From Candidatus Latescibacterota bacterium (GTDB lineage Bacteria > Latescibacterota > UBA2968): a DNA stretch of 64,000 nucleotides. The position numbers and the translations under genes are program-made. Position 1 is the stretch's first letter. Every line of letters starts with the position of its first letter. The notes beneath the pieces are model-generated. The model saw nothing but the letters and a program-made list of their open reading frames with translations. It was not told where the DNA came from and ran no database searches. Shown here in pieces: positions 53,342 to 63,871 of the stretch. The DNA is taken from contig OZ242010.1 in assembly GCA_965204745.1 (NCBI GenBank), positions 1,728,001 to 1,792,000 of the forward strand, in the 5' to 3' direction.

Positions 53342-53880
53342 AATCTGTGACTGGGAGAGCGTTTTGCCGCTTATTGGAAAATCGGGACTGGCAATGCGAA
53401 TAAAGCGTTGCATCCATTTATTGGGACCTACCCCCCTGGCCCCCCTTCCTGTGAGGAAGGGGGGAATGGCGAGAGGTTGTGCGAGGGGTTTGGGTTTCCA
53501 GAGCGTGATCTATTCGCTCAAAGCCATCAGAACAGCTAGGGAGACAAACCTTCAAAAAGCCATGCGCTCCCCCTTTCCTTGTAGGAAAGGGGGCCGGGGG
53601 GATAGGTCCTACGAGGAAGGGGAAGAACCTCTCTCGTTGCGGAGAGGAGCCGGATGACTCGTCCATGTCTTTGGGCGATTGGTCTCGGCTTGCTTCCTAC
53701 TCGCTTTCTACTCTTAATTCGCATTGGCAATTGAAGCGTATCAAAGGCAGTCATCACATTTATGCTAGATCCGGAAATCCCGCTCGAATCTCAGTGCCCG
53801 TTCACAGCAATAAGACACTTAAGAAAGGCTTGCAAATACACTTTATGAAGATTGCTGGCATCGAGGAAAGTGAATTGTGA
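53338..53880 (+). pseudogene. hicA: HicA-family toxin split by a MITE
   Basis: Removing 53394-53729 gives [68 protein letters not shown]. Confidence 0.9.
53394..53724 (+). mobile_element. Non-autonomous IS982 derivative carrying a REP-doublet cassette
   Basis: Ends ATGCGAATAAAG / CTTAATTCGCAT; TGGCA direct repeats at 53389 and 53725; last ~65 bp match the IS982 3' end. Confidence 0.9.
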
Positions 53881-53931
53881 GGCTATCCCGAAATGAAGCG
53901 ACAACCGTCATCTTGCAATCTCGCCTTTCTT

Positions 53932-53954
53932 CCGCGTAATCCGCGTAATCCGCG
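53932..53954 (+). repeat. Nonamer repeat CCGCGTAAT x2.5
   Basis: CCGCGTAAT CCGCGTAAT CCGCG before tatD. Confidence 0.6.
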
Positions 53955-53968
53955 ATCAGGTTTTCCAC

Positions 53969-54730
53969 ATGCTTATCGACTCACACGCGCATTTGATGTT
54001 TTCGCAATTTAGCGGGGATTTGGACGAGGTGTTCGCTCGGGCACGCGCCGCGGGGGTGGGGCAGATCGTGAATGTGGGCACCAATTTGGAGACGAGCCGC
54101 GCTGCCGTCGCGCTTGCAAATGACCAGGTGTTTGCCACAGCGGGATTTCACCCGGCGGATTCGGCGAAAGCGGATGCGTCATCCCTCGAGAAATTGCCCG
54201 ATCTTTTGGCGCGTCAACAGGTCGTTGCAGTCGGGGAAACCGGGTTGGATTTCTATCGCGATTACGCGCCGCGCGATGTGCAGGAACGGGCGTTTCGGGC
54301 GCATATTCGGCTGGCGTGCGAAATGGGCCTGCCGCTGATCATCCACAGCCGCGCTGCCGAGACCCGCGTGTTGGACATCTTGGCAGAAGAAGGCGCGTCC
54401 CAAGTGGGCGGCGCAATGCACTGTTTTGGCGGGAACGCGGCAGAAGCCCGTCGCGCGGTTGATCTCGATTTTCATCTGGGCTTTGGCGGCATTGTCACGT
54501 TCAAAAACGCGCACGCATTGAAGGTCGCCTTGGGCGTGCCCGTCGATCGGTTGCTGTTGGAAACCGATTGTCCATTTCTGGCACCAGTGCCAAAACGCGG
54601 CAAGCGCAACGAGCCGGCATATGTGCGCTATGTCGCCGAGTGTTTGGCGCGTGCCGGACGCGGGGATTTTGACGCGGTCTGCCGGCAAACGACGCACAAT
54701 GCCCAGACCTTGTTTGGGTTGCCATCGTGA
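53969..54730 (+). CDS. tatD: TatD-family DNase
   Basis: IDSHAHL, GFHP, VGETGLD, IIHSR, HCF, LLETDCPFLAP, RNEP. Confidence 0.95.
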   Translation: MLIDSHAHLMFSQFSGDLDEVFARARAAGVGQIVNVGTNLETSRAAVALANDQVFATAGFHPADSAKADASSLEKLPDLLARQQVVAVGETGLDFYRDYAPRDVQERAFRAHIRLACEMGLPLIIHSRAAETRVLDILAEEGASQVGGAMHCFGGNAAEARRAVDLDFHLGFGGIVTFKNAHALKVALGVPVDRLLLETDCPFLAPVPKRGKRNEPAYVRYVAECLARAGRGDFDAVCRQTTHNAQTLFGLPS

Positions 54731-55491
54731 AATCAAAAAAAAAATTGAGCCAGCATTTTCTCGTCAATGCCGCGTCTGCTACACAGATCGTGGAAGCCGC
54801 GCAAATTGGCAACGAGGACTCGGTCGTAGAAATCGGCCCTGGCCGCGGCGCATTGACAAACCTCTTAGTCGCCCAAGCGAACCGGGTCATCGCCATTGAA
54901 ATCGACGAAAAACTGTGCGACCTGCTCGCCGCGCGATTCGGGTCGCAACTACAACTCGTCCGCAAAGACGTGCGCCAAGTCAATTTGCCCGCGCTCGTGG
55001 AATCCAAAGCAATTCTGGTGGGCAACTTGCCCTATCACCTCACGGGCGCGCTCATCAGGCAGATTACGGATGCGCGCAGGGTTTGGAAACGCGCTGTGAT
55101 CACAGTACAACGCGAAGTCGCACAGCGCATGATCGCACAGCCGGGTAGCAAAACCTACGGCGTGTTGTCTATCGTCACGCAGGTGCGATGCGCGGCAACC
55201 CGGTTATTTGACCTGCCGCCCACGCATTTTTTTCCCGCGCCCAAGGTGCATTCGTCCGTGTTAATGCTGGATTTTCAAGCCCCTTCTGCTTATGATATTG
55301 CAAACGAAAGGCGTTTGTTCGGCATCGTGCGCGCCGCATTTCAGCAACGGCGAAAAATGGTGCGAAATGCACTCGCCCATGTGGTAGATGCCGAGACGCT
55401 GATGGCGGCAGAGGTCGATGGTCGCGCCCGTCCGGAAACCATCTCTATCGCCGGCTATGAACGGATTTGCCGCGCAATGGCAATGCGATAA
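54727..55491 (+). CDS. rsmA: 16S rRNA dimethyltransferase RsmA/KsgA
   Basis: LSQHFL, VEIGPGRGALT, GNLPY, QREVA, FQQRRK, RPET. Confidence 0.95.
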   Translation: MKSKKKLSQHFLVNAASATQIVEAAQIGNEDSVVEIGPGRGALTNLLVAQANRVIAIEIDEKLCDLLAARFGSQLQLVRKDVRQVNLPALVESKAILVGNLPYHLTGALIRQITDARRVWKRAVITVQREVAQRMIAQPGSKTYGVLSIVTQVRCAATRLFDLPPTHFFPAPKVHSSVLMLDFQAPSAYDIANERRLFGIVRAAFQQRRKMVRNALAHVVDAETLMAAEVDGRARPETISIAGYERICRAMAMR

Positions 55492-56493
55492 CTTTTAGAG
55501 AAAAGAGAAAACCCTTGTTGAATATTCGCCTCTACTTGTTCGCAAATGTGATGATGCTGGCCTTGACCGCATGCGGGGGTGAGAAGTACACCTCAGCTTC
55601 GTTCCCCAAGCCTATTCCGGCAACTGAAGGAGCCATTACAGTGACCATCGCCGAGTTCGCGTCTTTGCCCGATATCAGCGACGGTCGAGTAGCGCCGATG
55701 ATGTTGCTCGTCGATGAACCGGGCACGGGCCGCTTGTTTGTGAACGACCAGTCTGGCGTATTGTACAGTGTCAGTTACGACGGGCGCACTGTTGTGCCCT
55801 TTCTCGATCACACTGACGCGCTATGGGGAATCAAGGTACGAAGAAAAAACTCGCATCCACAAGACATACGCGAGTTACGCGGATTTCATAGTTTCGCTTT
55901 CCACCCGCAGTTCGCCGAGGCGAGCACACCGGGGTTCGGTAGGTTCTACACCTTTTTAGAATCGCGCAACGAAACCGATGATCTACTCCTGCTGGAGTGG
56001 ACAGCGGCGGATCCCTACGCCGCGTTCTACGATGGCGGCCCGCCGAGGGAACTCATGCGGAAGCCATGTAAGGATCATTGCTCCGGTATGCTCGGCTTCA
56101 ATCCAAGTGCAACCCCCGGGGATACCGACTTTGGGCTACTTTACATGTCGATAGGTGATGGATTAAACTCAGGTGAAGTTAAACGCAGCCTTGTCTCTCA
56201 AGATCTGAGCGAGATATTCGGCAAGATACTCCGCATTGACCCGCTTGGGTCAAACAGCACCAATGGGCAGTACGGCATTCCCGCGGACAACCCATTTGTC
56301 TCAACGCGCAATGCGCTCGCCGAAATCTACGCCTACGGCATGCGCCACCCGCAACGCTTTGGCTGGGATGTACGAAACGGCAATCTGTTCGTCGCAGACA
56401 TCGGTGAGTACCAGGTTGAGGAGATCAGCCTCGTCCCTGCTGGAGCCAACCTCGGCTGGCCTAATTGGGAGGGGAGTTTTATGCCTGTTGACG

Positions 56494-57477
56494 ATGCGAA
56501 TTAAGAGTTGAATCCATCGCGTACTTGTCTTTTCTTGAGGGCTCAGTCATTTCACCCTTAAAGGAAGGAGCACGCGATGGATTGGCAAGATAAACTCATT
56601 CACTTGTATGTCTATATTTGTCAGCAGTATGACCAAAAGCATCTGTGGTTTTATACACAACGCATGAGCAATAACGATACGCCGACCTTCACAGATGAAG
56701 AAGTGCTGACGATCTATTTGTTTGGGATCATGCAACAGCACACGCAGATCAAGGCGATTTATACCTATACCAAGGATCATCTTTCCGACTGGTTTCCCCA
56801 TCTGCCCACTTATGCAGGCTATATCCAGCGGTTGAACCGCTTGTGTGTGGTCTTCGCGCCATTGATTGAACAAATCCAAAAGGACAGTCCCGCAACCGAT
56901 CTCTCTGAACACACCTACTTGGTGGATTCCATGCCGATTGTCATGGCACAATCGGCACGCAGCGGTCAGGCGTGTGTGGCCGAAGAACAACTGGCCAACA
57001 AAGGCCGCTGCGCTTCCAAAAAGATGTGGTATTACGGCACCAAACTGCACATTGTCGCACAAGACCGTGAGAACGGCCTCCCGAAAGCAGAGTACATCGG
57101 CTTGACAGGTGCAGCAGAGCATGACCTGACCGCTTTGCGACAAGTCTTACCCGTTTTGCGTGATGGACACCTCTACGGCGATAAAATCTACGCCGATCAG
57201 CCCTTAAAAGACACGCTTAGCAAACAGCAGAACCTGATCTTCGAGACGCCGGTGAAGCGCAAGAAGGGACAAGAAAGCCTGACCGAAGCCGAAAAAGACT
57301 ATTCTCGGGCGGTTTCGAGCATACGACAGCCGATTGAGGCCTTGTTCAGTTGGATTGAACGAAAGACGAACATCTCGATGGCGTCTCGGGTACGATCCTA
57401 TGAGGGCTTACTCGTTCATGTCTTTGGGCGATTGACCGCGGCTTGCTTCTTACTCGCTTTCTACTCTTAATTCGCAT
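56494..57477 (+). mobile_element. Complete IS982-family element (984 bp)
   Basis: TIR ATGCGAATTAAGAG/CTCTTAATTCGCAT; TGACG direct repeats at 56489 and 57478. Confidence 0.92.
56577..57470 (+). CDS. IS982-family DDE transposase
   Basis: FTDEEVLTI, LVDSMP, WYYGTKLH, YGDKIY, RQPIEALF. Confidence 0.9.
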   Translation: MDWQDKLIHLYVYICQQYDQKHLWFYTQRMSNNDTPTFTDEEVLTIYLFGIMQQHTQIKAIYTYTKDHLSDWFPHLPTYAGYIQRLNRLCVVFAPLIEQIQKDSPATDLSEHTYLVDSMPIVMAQSARSGQACVAEEQLANKGRCASKKMWYYGTKLHIVAQDRENGLPKAEYIGLTGAAEHDLTALRQVLPVLRDGHLYGDKIYADQPLKDTLSKQQNLIFETPVKRKKGQESLTEAEKDYSRAVSSIRQPIEALFSWIERKTNISMASRVRSYEGLLVHVFGRLTAACFLLAFYS

Positions 57478-58075
57478 TGACGATTGGCGCGACGACTGGC
57501 GCATCATCTTCAGACTGGGCGAGAATGTGGTTCGGGCGATCCGGGAAGGGCACTTTCGGATCCAGCGTCCTTATGATCACCATGTCTTCAGTTACCGTAG
57601 CGACCCCAGCATCACCTATCCCGTTGTCGAGTTTGACCACTATGACCCATTATTAGGAGGAGACAGAGTCGCCATAACCGGTGTCGTCGTTTACCGTCAC
57701 GCTGCGATTCCCCAACTCGAGAACACGGTGCTCTTTGGCGACTTGGTCAGCGGCGAGGTGTTCTATTTTTCTGCGGACGACCTGCCCGAAGGCGGTCAAG
57801 CCGCCATTCGCCGGGTGCGGTTTGAGCATCGGGGCGAAACAAAGACCCTGTTGCAGATGATCCAAGAGAAGAATATCGCGCAGGGACGCGAGCCTGCTCA
57901 CCGTGCGGATATGCGATTCGGCACAGGGCCGAATGGGCAGATATTCTTGCTCAACAAGCAAGACGGGATCATTCGCCGCCTCATGCCGTAGTACCTGGAC
58001 AAAAAAATGGCAGTGATTGCCTACATTTTTGCCGCGTAATGGCGACGCAATAACTTTTAACGAAAGGGAGTTTCG

Positions 58076-58996
58076 ATGCCCATTCCGCAATCGGATAAAA
58101 TTTGGTTCAATGGGAATTTCGTGAATTGGGACGATGCCAAAATTCATGTGCTATCCCATGTGATACACTACGGTTCGAGCGTTTTCGAGGGGATCCGCTG
58201 TTATCAAACGGCGCGAGGGCCGGCGTGTTTCAGGCTTGGGGATCACGTCAACAGGCTTTGCGATTCCGCCAAAATCTACCGCTTGGACATTCCCTACACG
58301 CACGCCCAGCTCGAAGACGCCATTTTGGAGACGATCCGCGTGAACCGGTTGCAAGCGTGTTACGTCCGCCCCGTGGCGTTTCGGGGGTTTGGCGAACTGG
58401 CCGTCAACCCGATGCCCTGCCCTGTGGAAGTGGTGATCGCGGTGTGGGAATGGGGCAAGTACCTCGGCCCCGAGGCATTGGAAAAAGGCGTCTCAGCGCG
58501 CTTCGCGTCGTGGAATCGCTTTGCCCCCAACACCATGCCGTCACTCGCCAAAGTGGCTGCGAATTACATGAACGCCCAGTTAATCAAAATGGAAGCCATG
58601 GCCGATGGGTACGCCGAAGGCATTGCCTTAGACACGCAGGGCTATGTGAGCGAAGGCAGCGGCGAGAACATCTTCATGGTGAAAAACGGGCGGATTTACA
58701 CGCCTTCCACCGAGTCGTCCATCCTGCCCGGCATCACGCGCCACACAGTGATCACACTCGCCCGCGCCTTGGGCTACTCCGTGACGACCCGCCCCATTCC
58801 CCGCGAATCCCTGTACATCGCAGACGAGGTATTTTTCACGGGTAGCGCGGCGGAAATCACCCCGGTCACGGCCATCGACCACATTCCAGTCGGCGGCGGT
58901 GCCCGCGGCGAAATCACGCACCAACTCCAAGAAGCCTTTTTCGAGGTCGTAGAAGGCAGAACAGAAGACAAACACGCCTGGCTGACGTATGTGTAA
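58076..58996 (+). CDS. ilvE: Branched-chain amino acid aminotransferase
   Basis: HYGSSVFEGIR, AKVAANY, EGSGENIF, LPGITR, ADEVFFTGSAAE. Confidence 0.96.
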   Translation: MPIPQSDKIWFNGNFVNWDDAKIHVLSHVIHYGSSVFEGIRCYQTARGPACFRLGDHVNRLCDSAKIYRLDIPYTHAQLEDAILETIRVNRLQACYVRPVAFRGFGELAVNPMPCPVEVVIAVWEWGKYLGPEALEKGVSARFASWNRFAPNTMPSLAKVAANYMNAQLIKMEAMADGYAEGIALDTQGYVSEGSGENIFMVKNGRIYTPSTESSILPGITRHTVITLARALGYSVTTRPIPRESLYIADEVFFTGSAAEITPVTAIDHIPVGGGARGEITHQLQEAFFEVVEGRTEDKHAWLTYV

Positions 58997-59072
58997 CCTG
59001 AAAATCGGCGATCACCGGCGAACTTTACCGCGCAATGACAATGCGATAACTTTTAGCGAAAGGAGAAAACCC

Positions 59073-60560
59073 ATGTCGCATACTCGCCTCTACCTGTTCG
59101 CAAATGTGATGATGCTGGCTTTGACCGCATGCGGGAGTGAGAAGTACTCTCGATATCCGTTCCCTGAGCCTATTCCGGCAACCGAAGGGGCCATTACAGT
59201 GACCACCGCCGAGTTCGCATCCCTGCCCGATATTGACGGTCAGGCGGCGTTGATGATGTTGCTCGTCGATGAGCCGGGCACGGGCCGCTTGTTTGTGAAC
59301 GACCTGTCCGGTGTATTGTACAGCGTCAGTTACGACGGGCGCACTGTTGTGCCCTATCTCGATCACACTGACGCGCTATGGGGACTCGGAGTCAGAAAAC
59401 CTATATTGGAAGCAACTGCTTACCAACCAAGGAGACGAAGAGGATTTCAGAGTTTCGCTTTCCACCCGCAGTTCGCCGAGGTTGGCGCACCGAGGTTCGG
59501 TAAGTTCTACACTTTAGTCGAATTACACAACGAAACCAAGTATCTATCCCTGCTGGAGTGGACAGCGGAGGATCCCTACGCTGCGTTCTACGATGGCGGC
59601 CCGCCGAGGGAAGTCATGCGGAGCGAGCGATTGCCGGGTGATCGTTACTCCGGTATGCTCGGCTTCAATCCAAGTGCAACCCCCGAGGATCCCGACTTTG
59701 GGCTACTTTACTGGTCGATAGGCGGTGGATTAAACGAAGTCTGGTCTCAAGATCTGAGCAATATGTTCGGCAAGATACTCCGCATTGACCCGCTTGGCTC
59801 AAATAGCACCAACGGGCAGTACGGCATTCCCGCGGATAACCCATTTGTCTCAACGCGCAATGCGCTCGCCGAAATCTACGCCTACGGCATGCGCCACCCG
59901 CAACGCTTTGGCTGGGACGTACGAAACGGCAACCTGTTCGTCGCAGACATCGGTGGGGAGTTTGTCGAGGAAATCAGCCTTGTCACTGCTGGAGCCAACC
60001 TCGGCTGGCCTATATGGAGGGGGAGTTTTCTACGTGGTGACGATTGGCGCGACGACTGGCGCATCGTCGTCAGACTGGGCGAGAATGTGGTTCGGGCGAT
60101 CCGGGAAGGGCACTTCCGGATCCACCGTCCTTATGATTACCATGTCATCGATTTGGACAATCCCCGTAGCGACGCCAGCTTCACCTATCCCGTTGTCGAG
60201 TTTGACCACAGGGACCCGCTGTGGGAAACTCAAAGCACTGCCATAACCGGTGTCGTCGTTTACCGTCACGCTGCGATTCCCCAACTCGAGAACACGGTGC
60301 TCTTTGGCGAATTGGTCAGCGGCGAGGTGTTCTATTTTTTTGCGGACGATCTGCCCGAAGGCGGTCAAGCCGCCATTCGCCGGGTGCGGTTTGAGCATCG
60401 GGGCGAAACAAAGACCCTGTTGCAGATGATCCAAGAGAAGAATATCGCGCAGGGACGCGAGCCTACTGACCGTGCGGATCTGCGATTCGGCACAGGGCCG
60501 AATGGGCAGATATTCTTGCTCAACAAGCAAGACGGGATCATTCGCCGCCTCATGCCGTAG
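59073..60560 (+). CDS. GSDH-fold beta-propeller lipoprotein copy 2
   Basis: LTAC lipobox; paralog of copy 1. Confidence 0.85.
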   Translation: MSHTRLYLFANVMMLALTACGSEKYSRYPFPEPIPATEGAITVTTAEFASLPDIDGQAALMMLLVDEPGTGRLFVNDLSGVLYSVSYDGRTVVPYLDHTDALWGLGVRKPILEATAYQPRRRRGFQSFAFHPQFAEVGAPRFGKFYTLVELHNETKYLSLLEWTAEDPYAAFYDGGPPREVMRSERLPGDRYSGMLGFNPSATPEDPDFGLLYWSIGGGLNEVWSQDLSNMFGKILRIDPLGSNSTNGQYGIPADNPFVSTRNALAEIYAYGMRHPQRFGWDVRNGNLFVADIGGEFVEEISLVTAGANLGWPIWRGSFLRGDDWRDDWRIVVRLGENVVRAIREGHFRIHRPYDYHVIDLDNPRSDASFTYPVVEFDHRDPLWETQSTAITGVVVYRHAAIPQLENTVLFGELVSGEVFYFFADDLPEGGQAAIRRVRFEHRGETKTLLQMIQEKNIAQGREPTDRADLRFGTGPNGQIFLLNKQDGIIRRLMP

Positions 60561-60688
60561 CACCTAAAAAAACAAACCGTTTAATACGACCAACTCTTGA
60601 AGGTGACTGGCGAAAAAATGGCAATGATTGCCTACATTTTTGCCGCGCAATGGCAATGCGATAACTTTTAGCAAAAGAAAGAAAACCC

Positions 60689-62260
60689 TTGTTGAATATT
60701 CGTCTCTACTTGTTAGCAAATATGATGATGGCGTGGTCGGCCTTGACCGTGTGCCTTTTGGAGCATCATATCTACATCCCCAAAGATCCGTCTGATGGTT
60801 ATAGGTTTGTCATCTCTCTTGTTAGATATTTATGCCCCCCCCCTCGCCAAGATCCGTTCCCTAAGGCTATTCCGGCAACCGAAGGGGCCATTACAGTGAA
60901 CATCGTCGAGTTCGCATCCCTGCCCGATATCAGCGACGGTCGGGTAGCGCCGATGATGTTGCTCGTCGATGAACCGGGCACGGGCCGCTTGTTTGTGAAC
61001 GACCAGTCCGGCGTATTGTACAGCATCAGTTACGACGGGCGCACTGTTGTGCCCTATCTCGATCACACTGACGCGCTATGGGGAATCGAGGTGCGAAGAA
61101 AAAACCTTTGGCCCAGAGACAAACGCGAGTTACGCGGGTTTCATAGTTTCGCCTTCCATCCGCAGTTCGCCGAGGCGGGCACACCGGGGTTCGGTAGGTT
61201 CTACACCTTTGTCGAATCGCGCAACGAAACCGATGATCTACTCCTGCTGGAGTGGACAGCGGCGGATCCCTACGCCGCGTTCTACGATGGCGGCCCGCCG
61301 AGGGAACTCATGCGGAAGCCATGTGTTAAGGATCATTGCTCTGGTATGCTCGGCTTCAATCCAAGTGCAACCCCCGGGGATACTGACTTTGGGCTACTTT
61401 ACATGTCGATAGGCGATGGATTAAACGCAGCCTGGTCTCAAGATCTGAGCAATCTATTTGGCAAGATACTCCGCATTGACCCGCTTGGGTCAAACAGCAC
61501 CAATGGGCAGTACGGCATTCCCGCGGACAACCCATTTGTCTCAGCGCGCAATGCGCTCGGCGAAATCTACGCCTACGGCATGCGCCACCCGCAACGCTTT
61601 GGCTGGGATGTACGAAACGGCAACCTGTTCGTCGCAGACATCGGTGAGTACCAGGTTGAGGAGATTAGCCTCGTCCCTGCTGGGGCCAACCTCGGCTGGC
61701 CTAATTGGGAGGGGAGTTTTCTGCTTTTTGACGACTGGCGCGACGACTGGCGCATCATCTTCAGACTGGTCAGAAATGTGGATTGGGCAATCCGGGGGGA
61801 ATGGCCCTGGGCCTTCGGAGATATCTCGCCTGAGGACCACCCTGTCTTGAGTTTGGACAATCTCCGTAGCGACGCCAGCATCACCTATCCCGTTGTCGAG
61901 TTTGACCACAAGGATCCGCTGTTGGGGAGAAGAAGAGTTGCTATAACCGGTGTCGTGGTTTACCGTCACGCTGCGATTCCCCAACTCGAGAACACGGTGC
62001 TCTTTGGCGACTTGGTCAGCGGCGAGGTGTTCTATTTTTCTGCGGACGACCTGCCCGAAGGTGGTCAAGCCGCCATTCGCCGGGTGCGGTTTGAGCATCG
62101 GGGCGAAACAAAGACCCTGTTGCAGATGATCCAAGAGATGAATATCGCGCAGGGACGCGAGCCTGCTCACCGTGCGGATATGCGATTCGGCACCGGGCCG
62201 AATGGGCAGATATTCTTGCTCAACAAGCAAGACGGGATCATTCGCCGCCTCATGCCGTAG
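60689..62260 (+). CDS. GSDH-fold beta-propeller protein copy 3, altered N-terminus
   Basis: Paralog; lipobox changed to LTVC with an extra N-terminal insert. Confidence 0.85.
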   Translation: MLNIRLYLLANMMMAWSALTVCLLEHHIYIPKDPSDGYRFVISLVRYLCPPPRQDPFPKAIPATEGAITVNIVEFASLPDISDGRVAPMMLLVDEPGTGRLFVNDQSGVLYSISYDGRTVVPYLDHTDALWGIEVRRKNLWPRDKRELRGFHSFAFHPQFAEAGTPGFGRFYTFVESRNETDDLLLLEWTAADPYAAFYDGGPPRELMRKPCVKDHCSGMLGFNPSATPGDTDFGLLYMSIGDGLNAAWSQDLSNLFGKILRIDPLGSNSTNGQYGIPADNPFVSARNALGEIYAYGMRHPQRFGWDVRNGNLFVADIGEYQVEEISLVPAGANLGWPNWEGSFLLFDDWRDDWRIIFRLVRNVDWAIRGEWPWAFGDISPEDHPVLSLDNLRSDASITYPVVEFDHKDPLLGRRRVAITGVVVYRHAAIPQLENTVLFGDLVSGEVFYFSADDLPEGGQAAIRRVRFEHRGETKTLLQMIQEMNIAQGREPAHRADMRFGTGPNGQIFLLNKQDGIIRRLMP

Positions 62261-62384
62261 TACCTGAAAAAAAATCGCTCAATGCGGCCTCCTCCTGAAG
62301 GCGAACAAAAAAAATGGCAGTGATTGCCTACATTTTTGCCGCACAATAGCAATGCGATAACTTTTAGCGAAAGGAAGAAAACCC

Positions 62385-63839
62385 TTGTTGAATATTCGCC
62401 TCTACCTGTTCGCAAATGTGATGATGCTGGCTTTGACCGCATGCGGTGGTGGGAGTGGGCGAGAAGATCTGTTCCCTGAGCCTATTCCAGCAACCGAAGG
62501 GGCCATTACAGTGAACATCGCCGAGTTCGCATCCCTGCCCGATATTGACGGTCAGGCGGCGTTGATGATGTTGCTCGTCGATGAACCGGGTACGGGTCGC
62601 TTGTTTGTGAACGACCAGTCTGGCGTATTGTACAGCGTCAGTTATGACGGGCGCACTGTTGTGCCCTATCTCGATCTTGACGCCTTGGGTAGCGCTGTTC
62701 CGACCATATTGCATAGTTTCGCTTTCCACCCGCAGTTCGCCGAGGCTGGCACTCCGGGGTTCGGCAAGTTCTACACCTTGGTCATATTCGAGACCCCCGT
62801 CGAAAAGCCCAACCGAACCATAATCTTGCATCAGTTGTCCATTCTGGAGTGGACAGCGGAGGATCCCTACGCCGCGTTCTACGATGGCGGCCCGCCGAGG
62901 GAAGTCATGCGGAAACCACCGGATATGTGGTCCGGTATGCTCGGTTTCAATCCAAGTGCAACCCCCGGGGATACCGACTTTGGGCTACTTTACATGTCGA
63001 TAGGCGTTGTATACAACAAAGACCGGGCACAAGACCTGAGCAATATACTCGGCAAGATACTCCGCATTGACCCCCTTGGGTCAAACAGCACCAACGGGCA
63101 GTACGGCATTCCCGCGGACAACCCATTTGTCTCAACGCGCAATGCGCTCGCCGAAATCTACGCCTACGGCATGCGCAACCCGCAACGCTTTGGCTGGGAT
63201 GTACGAAACGGCAACCTGTTCGTCGCAGACATCGGTAAACATCATGTTGAGGAGATCAACCTCGTCTCTGCTGGGGCCAACCTCGGCTGGCCTAATTGGG
63301 AGGGGAGTTTTCCTTGGGTTGACGACTGGCGCGACGACTGGCGCATCGTCGTCGGACTGGGCGAGAATGTGGTTCGGGCAATCCGGGAAGGGCACTTTCG
63401 GATCCAGCGTCCTTATGATCACCATGTTTTCAGTTTAGACAACCCCCGTAGCGACTCCAGCATCACCTATCCCGTTGTCGAGTTTGACCACCATGACCCA
63501 TTATTAGGAGAGAGAGTCGCCATAACCGGTGTCGTCGTTTACCGTCACGCTGCGATTCCCCAACTCGAGAACACGGTGCTCTTTGGCGACTTGGTCAGCG
63601 GCGAGGTGTTCTATTTTTCTGCGGACGACCTGCCCGAAGGCGGTCAAGCAGGCATTCGCCGGGTGCGGTTTGAGCATCGGGGCGAAACAAAGACCCTGTT
63701 GCAGATGATTCAAGAGAAGAATATCGCGCAGGGACGCGAGCCTGCTCACCGTGCGGATATGCGATTCGGCACCGGGCCGAATGGGCAGATATTCTTGCTC
63801 AACAAGCGAGATGGGATCATTCGCCGCCTCATGCCGTAG
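62385..63839 (+). CDS. GSDH-fold beta-propeller lipoprotein copy 4
   Basis: LTAC lipobox; YGMRNPQRF. Confidence 0.85.
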   Translation: MLNIRLYLFANVMMLALTACGGGSGREDLFPEPIPATEGAITVNIAEFASLPDIDGQAALMMLLVDEPGTGRLFVNDQSGVLYSVSYDGRTVVPYLDLDALGSAVPTILHSFAFHPQFAEAGTPGFGKFYTLVIFETPVEKPNRTIILHQLSILEWTAEDPYAAFYDGGPPREVMRKPPDMWSGMLGFNPSATPGDTDFGLLYMSIGVVYNKDRAQDLSNILGKILRIDPLGSNSTNGQYGIPADNPFVSTRNALAEIYAYGMRNPQRFGWDVRNGNLFVADIGKHHVEEINLVSAGANLGWPNWEGSFPWVDDWRDDWRIVVGLGENVVRAIREGHFRIQRPYDHHVFSLDNPRSDSSITYPVVEFDHHDPLLGERVAITGVVVYRHAAIPQLENTVLFGDLVSGEVFYFSADDLPEGGQAGIRRVRFEHRGETKTLLQMIQEKNIAQGREPAHRADMRFGTGPNGQIFLLNKRDGIIRRLMP

Positions 63840-63871
63840 CAGGTTCAACGACAAATAGAAAGCGAATGGCG

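Larger units (their letters stand above)
55515..57991 (+). pseudogene. GSDH-fold beta-propeller lipoprotein copy 1, interrupted by IS982
   Basis: Lipobox LTAC; GKILRIDP, IPADNPF, GANLGWP; frame rejoins (PVDDWRDDW) after removing the IS. Confidence 0.9.

Noticed and set aside
55466-63839. Integron cassette array
   Set aside because: No integrase and no RYYYAAC...GTTRRRY attC structure in the junctions
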